Part shown: positions 12,601-27,600 of the stretch, piece after piece
Layout of the letters: each line of letters starts with the position of its first letter
How positions within the stretch are numbered: position 1 is the first letter of the stretch
Source of the DNA: the human T2T-CHM13v2.0 reference genome, Homo sapiens
DNA length: 64,000 nucleotides
NCBI RefSeq assembly: GCF_009914755.1
Contig: NC_060939.1
Reading direction: 5' to 3' (one strand)
Made by a program: the position numbers and the translations under genes
The notes under the pieces: model-generated
Database searches by the model: none
What the model saw: the letters and a program-made list of their open reading frames with translations, nothing else
Told to the model about the DNA's origin: nothing

Positions 12601-15600
12601 GTTATGTAATATGCTTTATATGTAATATATAAACTCATATATATTATATGTCATAATATATAATAGTTATCCTGTGTCATATTATATATATTATATATTT
12701 CATAACATATATAATATATAATACATATTATACATCTTATATATGAAAATATGTAATTAGAGATAAAATAACATATAGTTATATATAATATGATATATAA
12801 CATATATACTATATCATATATGATATATAATATATAATTTTTTATTGCATATTATAATTCATATATATTATAATTTATATAATGATATAATTATTTATAT
12901 AATATAAATAATTATACATGCTTATATAATTATATATAATATAAATAATAATATATATAATTACATATTCATATCGTTATATATAATAATACATTTCATA
13001 TGTAATTATATATATCATATAATAGACAACACACCTAATATATAATATATAATATATATTATACAATATAGGATACAAAAGATGTATGATATATAAGATA
13101 TCATAATATAATATATATTTTAACATTATGTATGTAACATGTAATATGTGATATATAAAATAAATTATGTAATATAAAATAATATAATATAATATATACT
13201 ATATTAAGGTATATTATGTAAAGTATGTAATAAAATTATAAGTAACATAATATATAGTTATATATATTATCTTATGTATTTACATAGAGTATTATACAGT
13301 TATATATAATTTTAAATTGTTATATATAATTTAATATAAAACAAATATAATATACATCATAACATATATATTGTATACCATATATATATTATGTATCATA
13401 TATTGTATGTTATATATTATATATTCTATATCATATATCATATATTATATGTTATATATATCACATTCCACATTTTGTATATTATAAATTATATACAATA
13501 TATGACATGTATTATATTATATATAATAAATTATACATTATATGTAACATAGTATATATTATATGTAACATGTATATTCTATGTAAAATATATAATATAT
13601 AACATATTACATATAATTAATAACATAGACATATAATATATATTTAACATATGTACTATATATACAACGTATTATACATATAATATATAATATATATTAT
13701 ATATATGGCATAAAATATAATATATATTATATGTCATATTTTATATATACAATTATATATTATTATATGTTATTTTATATTATCTATAACATAGATATAA
13801 TATATATACCTATAATGTATATTACATATAACGTAGATATTATATATAATATATATAATGTATATTATATATAACGTAGATATTATATATAATATATATA
13901 ATGTATATTATATATTTAATACGTATACTAACCATATAATATATTCTATATATGATATATAATATATATTATATATGTCATAAAATATAATATATATTAT
14001 ATGTCATTGTATAAATATAATACTTATATATTATCAATTATTATATTACATTTAATATATATAATATAAGATGCAGGATGTGAGACAATATTATATATAT
14101 GTTATTTATATTATATATATGATACTATATATTATTGTATACATAATGTGTATATATATTTGTGGGTGCCCTATTTCCCATCTCATAACTTGTTTTAAGA
14201 AGCGCAGCATAATAATGTGTGGGCTTGGGATTCAGTTTTTGAAACAAAACACTGAGCCTTCAATGACCTTTCGGTCTATGTAGAAGCGCTCCTGTCTTCG
14301 TGGCAGCAGTTGGACCTCACAATGTGGATTGTGCCGTCACCCTGCAATGTTTATGCCCTATCGCCATGGTGACGGGATTAGGGATCTCCTGCTCTTGGTC
14401 CTAAAGGCCACTGTCTGTGCTGTGTTTTTCAAAGGTCAGCACAGAGTGAACCTTTGTGGTTTTATTTTCCCTGAGTTTGATTTTTCTCATGGGGAACCTG
14501 TGGTGCTGCTTTGAAGGTATATTCATACTGGCCTTTCAAATGCCAACTCTTCAAATTACTAGTTAATGCTTTCAAAGTATGTTATTTCAAAAATTATCCT
14601 CCGTATTTTCCATATGCAGTTATAAATATGTTGCATGGTTATGTTTCATTCCTCAGTTTATATATTTGATTATTGTACCAAGCAGCGTACCTTTGAAATT
14701 TTTTTTCATCTAAAAAATATGTAAATTAGCTCAGGCCTGTAATCCCAGCAAATTTGGAGGCCAAGGCAAGGGGATCACAAGGTAAAGAGATCAAGACCAT
14801 CCTGGCCAATACAGTGAAACGCTGTCACTACTAAAAATCCAAAAAATTAGCTAGGCATTGTGGCAGCTGGTGTAGTCCCAGTGTGGTGTAGTCCAAGCTA
14901 CCTGGGAGGCTGAGGGAGGGCAATCGCTTGAACCCGTGAGGCAGATGTTGCAGTGAGCAAATTTGGTGCCATTGTACTCCACCCTGTGCAACAGGACAAC
15001 ATTCTGTCTAAAAAAAAATTATATATGATATATGTTATATGTTATGTAATATGCTTTATATGTAATATATAACCTCATATATATTATATGTCATAATATA
15101 TAATAGTTATCCTGTGTCATATTATATATATTATATATTTCATAACATATATAATATATAATACATATTATACATCTTATATATGAAAATATGTAATTAG
15201 AGATAAAATAACATATAGTTATATATAATATGATATATAACATATATACTATATCATATATGATATATAATATATAATTTTTTATTGCATATTATAATTC
15301 ATATATATTATAATTTATATAATGATATAATTATTTATATAATATAAATAATTATACATGATTATATAATTATATATAATATAAATAATAATATATATAA
15401 TTACATATTCATATCGTTATATATAATAATACATTTCATATGTATTTATATATATCATATAATAGACAACACACCTAATATATAATATATAATATATATT
15501 ATACAATATAGGATACAAAAGATGTATGATATATAAGATATCATAATATAATATATATTTTAACATTATGTATGTAACATGTAATATGTGATATATAAAA

Positions 15601-18600
15601 TAAATTATGTAATATAAAATAATATAATATAATATATACTATATTAAGGTATATTATGTAAAGTATGTAATAAAATTATAAGTAACATAATATATAGTTA
15701 TATATATTATCTTATGTATTTACATAGAGTATTATACAGTTATATATAATTTTATATTGTTATATATAATTTAATATAAAACAAATATAATATACATCAT
15801 AACATATATATTGTATACCATATATATATTATGTATCATATATTGTATGTTATATATTATATATTCTATATCATATATCATATATTATATGTTATATATA
15901 TCACATTCCACATTTTGTATATTATAAATTATATACAATATATGACATATATTATATTATATATAATAAATTATACATTATATGTAACATAGTATATATT
16001 ATATGTAACATGTATATTCTATGTAAAATATATAATATATAACATATAACATATAATTAATAACATAGACATATAATATATATTTAATATATGTACTATA
16101 TATACAACGTATTATACATATACTATATAATATATATTATATATATGGCATAAAATATAATATATATTATATGTCATATTTTATATATACAATTATATAT
16201 TATTATATGTTATTTTATATTATGTATAACATAGATATAATATATATACCTATAATGTATATTACATATAACGTAGATATTATATATAATATATATAATG
16301 TATATTATATATAACGTAGATATTATATATAATATATATAATGTATATTATATATTTAATACGTATATTAACCATATAATATATTCTATATATGATATAT
16401 AATATATATTATATATGTCATAAAACATAATATATAATATATGTCATTGTATAAATATAATACTTATATATTATCAATTATTATATTACATTTAATATAT
16501 ATAATATAAGATGCAGGATGTGAGACAATATTATATATATGTTATTTATATTATATATATGATACTATATATTATTGTATACATAATGTGTATATATATT
16601 TGTGGGTGCCCTATTTCCCATCTCATAACTTGTTTTAAGAAGCGCAGCATAATAATGTGTGGGCTTGGGATTCAGTTTTTGAAACAAAACACTGAGCCTT
16701 CAATGACCTTTCGGTCTATGTAGAAGCGCTCCTGTCTTCGTGGCAGCAGTTGGACCTCACAATGTGGATTGTGCCGTCACCCTGCAATGTTTATGCCCTA
16801 TCGCCATGGTGACGGGATTAGGGATCTCCTGCTCTTGGTCCTAAAGGCCACTGTCTGTGCTGTGTTTTTCAAAGGTCAGCACAGAGTGAACCTTTGTGGT
16901 TTTATTTTCCCTGAGTTTGATTTTTCTCATGGGGAACCTGTGGTGCTGCTTTGAAGGTATATTCATACTGGCCTTTCAAATGCCAACTCTTCAAATTACT
17001 AGTTAATGCTTTCAAAGTATGTTATTTCAAAAATTATCCTCCGTATTTTCCATATGCAGTTATAAATATGTTTCATGGTTATGTTTCATTCCTCAGTTTA
17101 TATATTTGATTATTGTACCAAGCAGAGTACCTTTGAAATTTTTTTTCATCTAAAAAATATGTAAATTAGCTCAGGCCTGTAATCCCAGCAAATTTGGAGG
17201 CCAAGGCAAGGGGATCACAAGGTAAAGAGATCAAGACCATCCTGGCCAATACAGTGAAACGCTGTCACTACGAAAAATCCAAAAAATTAGCTAGGCATTG
17301 TGGCAGCTGGTGTAGTCCCAGTGTGGTGTAGTCCAAGCTACCTGGGAGGCTGAGGGAGGGCAATCGCTTGAACCCGTGAGGCAGATGTTGCAGTGAGCAA
17401 ATTTGGTGCCATTGTACTCCACCCTGTGCAACAGGACAACACTCTGTCTAAAAAAAAATTATATATGATATATGTTATATGTTATGTAATATGCTTTATA
17501 TGTAATATATAACCTCATATATATTATATGTCATAATATATAATAGTTATCCTGTGTCATATTATATATATTATATATTTCATAACATATATAATATATA
17601 ATACATATTATACATCTTATATATGAAAATATGTAATTAGAGATAAAATAACATATAGTTATATATAATATGATATATAACATATATACTATATCATATA
17701 TGATATATAATATATAATTTTTTATTGCATATTATAATTCATATATATTATAATTTATATAATGATATAATTATTTATATAATATAAATAATTATACATG
17801 CTTATATAATTATATATAATATAAATAATAATATATATAATTACATATTCATATCGTTATATATAATAATACATTTCATATGTAATTATATATATCATAT
17901 AATAGACAACACACCTAATATATAATATATAATATATATTATACAATATAGGATACAAAAGATGTATGATATATAAGATATCATAATATAATATATATTT
18001 TAACATTATGTATGTAACATGTAATATGTGATATATAAAATAAATTATGTAATATAAAATAATATAATATAATATATACTATATTAAGGTATATTATGTA
18101 AAGTATGTAATAAAATTATAAGTAACATAATATATAGTTATATATATTATCTTATGTATTTACATAGAGTATTATACAGTTATATATAATTTTAAATTGT
18201 TATATATAATTTAATATAAAACAAATATAATATACATCATAAAATATATATTGTATACCATATATATTATGTATCGTATATTGTATGTTATATATCATAT
18301 ATTTTATATCATATATCATATATTATATGTTATATGTATCACATTCCACATTTTGTATATTATAAATTATATACAATATATGACATATATTATATATAAT
18401 AAATTATACATTATATGTAACATAGTATATATTATATGTAACATGTATATTCTATGTAAAATATATAATATATAACATATTACATATAATTAATAACATA
18501 GACATATAATATATATTTAATATATGTACTATATATACAACGTATTATACATACTCTATATAATATATATTATATATATGGCATAAAATATAATATATAT

Positions 18601-21600
18601 AATATGTCATATTTCATATATACAATTATATATTATTATATGTTATTTTATATTATATATAACATAGATATAATATATATACCTATAATGTATATTACAT
18701 ATAACGTAGATATTATATATAATATATATAATGTATATTATATATAACGTAGATATTATATATAATATATATAATGTATATTATATATTTAATACGTATA
18801 TTAACCATATAATATATTCTATATATGATATATAATATATATTATATATGTCATAAAATATAATATATATTATATGTCATTGTATAAATATAATACTTAT
18901 ATATTATCAATTATTATATTACATTTAATATATATAATATAAGATGCAGGATGTGAAACAATATTATATATATGTTATTTATATTATATATATGATACTA
19001 TATATTATTGTATACATAATGTGTATATATATTTGTGGGTGCCCTATTTCCCATCTCATAACTTGTTTTAAGAAGCGCAGCATAATAATGTGTGGGCTTG
19101 GGATTCAGTTTTTGAAACAAAACACTGAGCCTTCAATGACCTTTCGGTCTATGTAGAAGCGCTCCTGTCTTCGTGGCAGCAGTTGGACCTCACAATGTGG
19201 ATTGTGCCGTCACCCTGCAATGTTTATGCCCTATCGCCATGGTGATGGGATTAGGGATCTCCTGCTCTTGGTCCTAAAGGCCACTGTCTGTGCTGTGTTT
19301 TTCAAAGGTCAGCACAGAGTGAACCTTTGTGGTTTTATTTTCCCTGAGTTTGATTTTTCTCATGGGGAACCTGTGGTGCTGCTTTGAAGGTATATTCATA
19401 CTGTCCTTTCAAATGCCAACTCTTCAAATTACTAGTTAATGCTTTCAAAGTATGTTATTTCAAAAATTATCCTCTGTATTTTCCATATGCAGTTATAAAT
19501 ATGTTTCATGGTTATGTTTCATTCCTCAGTTTATATATTTGATTATTATACCACGCAGAGTACCTTTGAAATTTTTTTTCATCTAAAAAATATGTAAATT
19601 AGCTCAGGCCTGTAATCCCAGCAAATTTGGAGGCCAAGGCAAGGGGATCACAAGGTAAAGAGATCAAGACCATCCTGGCCAATACAGTGAAAGGCTGTCA
19701 CTACTAAAAATCCAAAAAATTAGCTAGGCATTGTGGCAGCTGGTGTAGTCCCAGTGTGGTGTAGTCCAAGCTACCTGGGAGGCTGAGGGAGGGCAATCGC
19801 TTGAACCCGTGAGGCAGATGTTGCAGTGAGCAAATTTGGTGCCATTGTACTCCACCCTGTGCAACAGGACAACACTCTGTCTAAAAAAAAATTATATATG
19901 ATATATGTTATATGTTATGTAATATGCTTTATATGTAATATATAACCTCATATATATTATATGTCATAATATATAATATTTATCCTGTGTCATATTATAT
20001 ATATTATATATTTCATAACATATATAATATATAATACATATTATATATTTCATAACATATATAATATATAATACATATTATACATCTTATATATGAAAAT
20101 ATGTAATTAGAGATAAAATAACATATAGTTATATATAATATGATATATAACATATATACTATATCATATATGATATATAATATATAATTTTTTATTACAT
20201 ATCATAATTCATATATATTATAATTTATATAATGATATAATTATTTATATAATATAAATAATTATACATGCTTATATAATTATATATAATATAAATAATA
20301 ATGTATATAATTTCATATTCTTATCGTTATATATAATAATACATTTCATATGTAATTATATATATCATATAATAGACAACACACCTAATATATAATATAT
20401 AATATATATTATACAATATAGGATACATAATATGTATGATATATAAGATATCATAATATAATATATATTTTAACATTATGTATGTAACATGTAATATGTG
20501 ATATATAAAATAAATTATGTAATATAAAATAATATAATATAATATATACTATATTAAGGTATATTATGTAAAGTATGTAATAAAATTATAAGTAACATAA
20601 TATATAGTTATATATATTATCTTATGTATTTACATAGAGTATTATACAGTTATATATAATTTTAAATTGTTATATATAATTTAATATAAAACAAATATAA
20701 TATACATCATAAAATATATATTGTATACCATATATATATTATGTATCATATATTGTATGTTATATATCATATATTGTATATCATATATCATATATTATAT
20801 GTTATATGTATCACATTCCACATTTTGTATATTATAAATTATATACAATATATGACATATATTATATTATATATAATAAATTATACATTATATGTAACAT
20901 AGTATATATTATATGTAACATGTATATTCTATGTAAAATATATAATATATAACATATTACATATAATTAATAACATAGACATATAATATATATTTAACAT
21001 ATGTACTATATATACAACGTATTATACATATACTATATAATATATATTATATATATGGCATAAAATATAATATATATTATATGTCATATTTTATATATAC
21101 AATTATATATTATTATATGTTATTTTATATTATGTATAACATAGATATAATATATATACCTATAATGTATATTACATATAACGTAGATATTATATATAAT
21201 ATATATAATGTATATTATATATAACGTAGATATTATATATAATATATATAATGTATATTATATATTTAATACGTATATTAACCATATAATATATTCTATA
21301 TATGATATATAATATATATTATATATGTCATAAAATATAATATATATTATATGTCATTGTATAAATATAATACTTATATATTATCAATTATTATATTACA
21401 TTTAATATATATAATATAAGATGCAGGATGTGAAACTATATTATATATATGTTATTTATATTATATATATGATACTATATATTATTGTATACATAATGTG
21501 TATATATATTTGTGGGTGCCCTATTTCCCATCTCATAACTTGTTTTAAGAAGCGCAGCATAATAATGTGTGGGCTTGGGATTCAGTTTTTGAAACAAAAC

Positions 21601-24600
21601 ACTGAGCCTTCAATGACCTTTCGGTCTATGTAGAAGCGCTCCTGTCTTCGTGGCAGCAGTTGGACCTCACAATGTGGATTGTGCCGTCACCCTGCAATGT
21701 TTATGCCCTATCGCCATGGTGACGGGATTAGGGATCTCCTGCTCTTGGTCCTAAAGGCCACTGTCTGTGCTGTGTTTTTCAAAGGTCAGCACAGAGTGAA
21801 CCTTTGTGGTTTTATTTTCCCTGAGTTTGATTTTTCTCATGGGGAACCTGTGGTGCTGCTTTGAAGGTATATTCATACTGGCCTTTCAAATGCCAACTCT
21901 TCAAATTACTAGTTAATGCTTTCAAAGTATGTTATTTCAAAAATTATCCTCCGTATTTTCCATATGCAGTTATAAATATGTTTCATGGTTATGTTTCATT
22001 CCTCAGTTTATATATTTGATTATTGTACCAAGCAGAGTACCTTTGAAATTTTTTTCATCTAAAAAATATGTAAATTAGCTCAGGCCTGTAATCCCAGCAA
22101 ATTTGGAGGCCAAGGCAAGGGGATCACAAGGTAAAGAGATCAAGACCATCCTGGCCAATACAGTGAAACGCTGTCACTACTAAAAATCCAAAAAATTAGC
22201 TAGGCATTGTGGCAGCTGGTGTAGTCCCAGTGTGGTGTAGTCCAAGCTACCTGGGAGGCTGAGGGAGGGCAATCGCTTGAACCCGTGAGGCAGATGTTGC
22301 AGTGAGCAAATTTGGTGCCATTGTACTCCACCCTGTGCAACAGGACAACACTCTGTCTAAAAAAAAATTATATATGATATATGTTATATGTTATGTAATA
22401 TGCTTTATATGTAATATATAACCTCATATATATTATATGTCATAATATATAATAGTTATCCTGTGTCATATTATATATATTATATATTTCATAACATATA
22501 TAATATATAATACATATTATACATCTTATATATGAAAATATGTAATTAGAGATAAAATAACATATAGTTATATATAATATGATATATAACATATATACTA
22601 TATCATATATGATATATAATATATAATTTTTTATTGCATATTATAATATATATATGTTATAATTTATATAATGATATAATTATATATATAATATAAATAA
22701 TTATACATGCTTATATAATTATATATAATATAAATAATAATATATATAATTACATATTCATATCGTTATATATAATAATACATTTCATATGTAATTATAT
22801 ATATCATATAATAGACAACACACCTAATATATAATATATAATATATATTATACAATATAGGATACAAAAGATGTATGATATATAAGATATCATAATATAA
22901 TATATATTTTAACATTATGTATGTAACATGTAATATGTGATATATAAAATAAATTATGTAATATAAAATAATATAATATAATATATACTATATTAAGGTA
23001 TATTATGTAAAGTATGTAATAAAATTATAAGTAACATAATATATAGTTATATATATTATCTTATGTATTTACAAAGAGTATTATACAGTTATATATAATT
23101 TTAAATTGTTATATATAATTTAATATAAAACAAATATAATATATATCATAACATATATATTGTATACCATATATATATTATGTATCATATATTGTATGTT
23201 ATATATTATATATTCTATATCATATATCATATATTATATGTTATATATATCACATTCCACATTTTGTATATTATAAATTATATGCAATATATGACATGTA
23301 TTATATTATATATAATAAATTATACATTATATGTAACATAGTATATATTATATGTAACATGTATATTCTATGTAAAATATATAATATATAACATATTACA
23401 TATAATTAATAACATAGACATATAATATATATTTAACATATGTACTATATATACAACGTATTATACATATACTATATAATATATATTATATATATGGCAT
23501 AAAATATAATATATATTATATGTCATATTTTATATATACAATTATATATTATTATATGTTATTTTATATTATCTATAACATAGATATAATATATACACCT
23601 ATAATGTATATTACATATAATGTAGATATTATATATAATATATATAATGTATATTATATATAACGTAGATATTATATATAATATATATAATGTATATTAT
23701 ATATTTAATACGTATACTAACCATATAATATATTCTATATATGATATATAATATATATTATATATGTCATAAAATATAATATATATTATATGTCATTGTA
23801 TAAATATAATACTTATATATTATCAATTATTATATTACATTTAATATATATAATATAAGATGCAGGATGTGAAACAATATTATATATATGTTATTTATAT
23901 TATATATATGATACTATATATTATTGTATACATAATGTGTATATATATTTGTGGGTGCCCTATTTCCCATCTCATAACTTGTTTTAAGAAGCGCAGCATA
24001 ATAATGTGTGGGCTTGGGATTCAGTTTTTGAAACAAAACACTGAGCCTTCAATGACCTTTCGGTCTATGTAGAAGCGCTCCTGTCTTCGTGGCAGCAGTT
24101 GGACCTCACAATGTGGATTGTGCCGTCACCCTGCAATGTTTATGCCCTATCGCCATGGTGACGGGATTAGGGATCTCCTGCTCTTGGTCCTAAAGGCCAC
24201 TGTCTGTGCTGTGTTTTTCAAAGGTCAGCACAGAGTGAACCTTTGTGGTTTTATTTTCCCTGAGTTTGATTTTTCTCATGGGGAACCTGTGGTGCTGCTT
24301 TGAAGGTATATTCATACTGGCCTTTCAAATGCCAACTCTTCAAATTACTAGTTAATGCTTTCAAAGTATGTTATTTCAAAAATTATCCTCCGTATTTTCC
24401 ATATGCAGTTATAAATATGTTTCATGGTTATGTTTCATTCCTCAGTTTATATATTTGATTATTGTACCAAGCAGAGTACCTTTGAAATTTTTTTTCATCT
24501 AAAAAATATGTAAATTAGCTCAGGCCTGTAATCCCAGCAAATTTGGAGGCCAAGGCAAGGGGATCACAAGGTAAAGAGATCAAGACCATCCTGGCCAATA

Positions 24601-24664
24601 CAGTGAAACGCTGTCACTACTAAAAATCCAAAAAATTAGCTAGGCATTGTGGCAGCTGGTGTAG
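6611..24664 (+). repeat. Higher-order duplicated block, copy 1 (end of U3 to start of U11)
   Basis: Rare variants recur exactly 29,280 bp downstream: ctacgtag (6963/36243), ttataaatac (8861/38141), acttagat (11391/40671), attctgtct (15001/44281), gtatcgtata (18271/47551), the 37-bp duplication (20001/49281), gaaactata (21432/50712) and atatacacct (23591/52871). Confidence 0.92.
20001..20082 (+). repeat. 37-bp tandem duplication that makes U9 2477 bp
   Basis: atattatatatttcataacatatataatatataatac at 20001 and 20038, followed by atattata; single copy in the other unit types. Confidence 0.93.
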
Positions 24665-27600
24665 CCCAGTGTGGTGTAGTCCAAGCTACCTGGGAGGCTG
24701 AGGGAGGGCAATCGCTTGAACCCGTGAGGCAGATGTTGCAGTGAGCAAATTTGGTGCCATTGTACTCCACCCTGTGCAACAGGACAACACTCTGTCTAAA
24801 AAAAAATTATATATGATATATGTTATATGTTATGTAATATGCTTTATATGTAATATATAACCTCATATATATTATATGTCAAAATATATAATATTTATCC
24901 TGTGTCATATTATATATATTATATATTTCATAACATATATAATATATAATACATATTATACATCTTATATATGAAAATATGTAATTAGAGATAAAATAAC
25001 ATATAGTTATATATAATATGATATATAACATATATACTATATCATATATGATATATAATATATTTTTATTACATATTATAATTCATATATATTATAATTT
25101 ATATAATGATATAATTATTTATATAATATAAATAATTATACATAATTATATAATTATATATAATATAAATAATAATATATATAATTACATATTCATATCG
25201 TTATATATAATAATACATTTCATATGTAATTATATATATCATATAATAGACAACACACCTAATATATAATATATAATATATATTATACAATATAGGATAC
25301 ATAATATGTATGATATATAAGATATCATAATATAATATATATTTTAACATTATGTATGTAACATGTAATATGTGATATATAAAATAAATTATGTAATATA
25401 AAATAATATAATATAATATATACTATATTAAGGTATATTATGTAAAGTATGTAATAAAATTATAAGTAACATAATATATAGTTATATATATTATCTTATG
25501 TATTTACATAGAGTATTATACAGTTATATATAATTTTAAATTGTTATATATAATTTAATATAAAACAAATATAATATACATCATAAAATATATATTGTAT
25601 ACCATATATATTATGTATCATATATTGTATGTTATATATCATATATTGTATATCATATATCATATATTATATGTTATATGTATCACATTCCACATTTTGT
25701 ATATTATAAATTATATACAATATATGACATATATTATATTATATATAATAAATTATACATTATATGTAACATAGTATATATTATATGTAACATGTATATT
25801 CTATGTAAAATATATAATATATAACATATTACATATAATTAATAACATAGACATATAATATATATTTAACATATGTACTATATATACAACGTATTATACA
25901 TATACTATATAATATATATTATATATATGGCATAAAATATAATATATATTATATGTCATATTTTATATATACAATTATATATTATTATATGTTATTTTAT
26001 ATTATCTATAACATAGATATAATATATATACCTATAATGTATATTACATATAATGTAGATATTATATATAATATATATAATGTATATTATATATAACGTA
26101 GATATTATATATAATGTATATAATGTATATTATATATTTAATACGTATACTAACCATATAATATATTCTATATATGATATATAATATATATTATATATGT
26201 CATAAAATATAATATATATTATATGTCATTGTATAAATATAATACTTATATATTATCAATTATTATATTACATTTAATATATATAATATAAGATGCAGGA
26301 TGTGAAACAATATTATATATATGTTATTTATATTATATATATGATACTATATATTATTGTATACATAATGTGTATATATATTTGTGGGTGCCCTATTTCC
26401 CATCTCATAACTTGTTTTAAGAAGCGCAGCATAATAATGTGTGGGCTTGGGATTCAGTTTTTGAAACAAAACACTGAGCCTTCAATGACCTTTCGGTCTA
26501 TGTAGAAGCGCTCCTGTCTTCGTGGCAGCAGTTGGACCTCACAATGTGGATTGTGCCGTCACCCTGCAATGTTTATGCCCTATCGCCATGGTGACGGGAT
26601 TAGGGATCTCCTGCTCTTGGTCCTAAAGGCCACTGTCTGTGCTGTGTTTTTCAAAGGTCAGCACAGAGTGAACCTTTGTGGTTTTATTTTCCCTGAGTTT
26701 GATTTTTCTCATGGGGAACCTGTGGTGCTGCTTTGAAGGTATATTCATACTGGCCTTTCAAATGCCAACTCTTCAAATTACTAGTTAATGCTTTCAAAGT
26801 ATGTTATTTCAAAAATTATCCTCCGTATTTTCCATATGCAGTTATAAATATGTTTCATGGTTATGTTTCATTCCTCAGTTTATATATTTGATTATTGTAC
26901 CAAGCAGAGTACCTTTGAAATTTTTTTTCATCTAAAAAATATGTAAATTAGCTCAGGCCTGTAATCCCAGCAAATTTGGAGGCCAAGGCAAGGGGATCAC
27001 AAGGTAAAGAGATCAAGACCATCCTGGCCAATACAGTGAAACGCTGTCACTACTAAAAATCCAAAAAATTAGCTAGGCATTGTGGCAGCTGGTGTAGTCC
27101 CAGTGTGGTGTAGTCCAAGCTACCTGGGAGGCTGAGGGAGGGCAATCGCTTGAACCCGTGAGGCAGATGTTGCAGTGAGCAAATTTGGTGCCATTGTACT
27201 CCACCCTGTGCAACAGGACAACACTCTGTCTAAAAAAAAATTATATATGATATATGTTATATGTTATGTAATATGCTTTATATGTAATATATAAACTCAT
27301 ATATATTATATGTCATAATATATAATAGTTATCCTGTGTCATATTATATATATTATATATTTCATAACATATATAATATATAATACATATTATACATCTT
27401 ATATATGAAAATATGTAATTAGAGATAAAATAACATATAGTTATATATAATATGATATATAACATATATACTATATCATATATGATATATAATATATAAT
27501 TTTTTATTGCATATTATAATTCATATATATTATAATTTATATAATGATATAATTATTTATATAATATAAATAATTATACATGCTTATATAATTATATATA

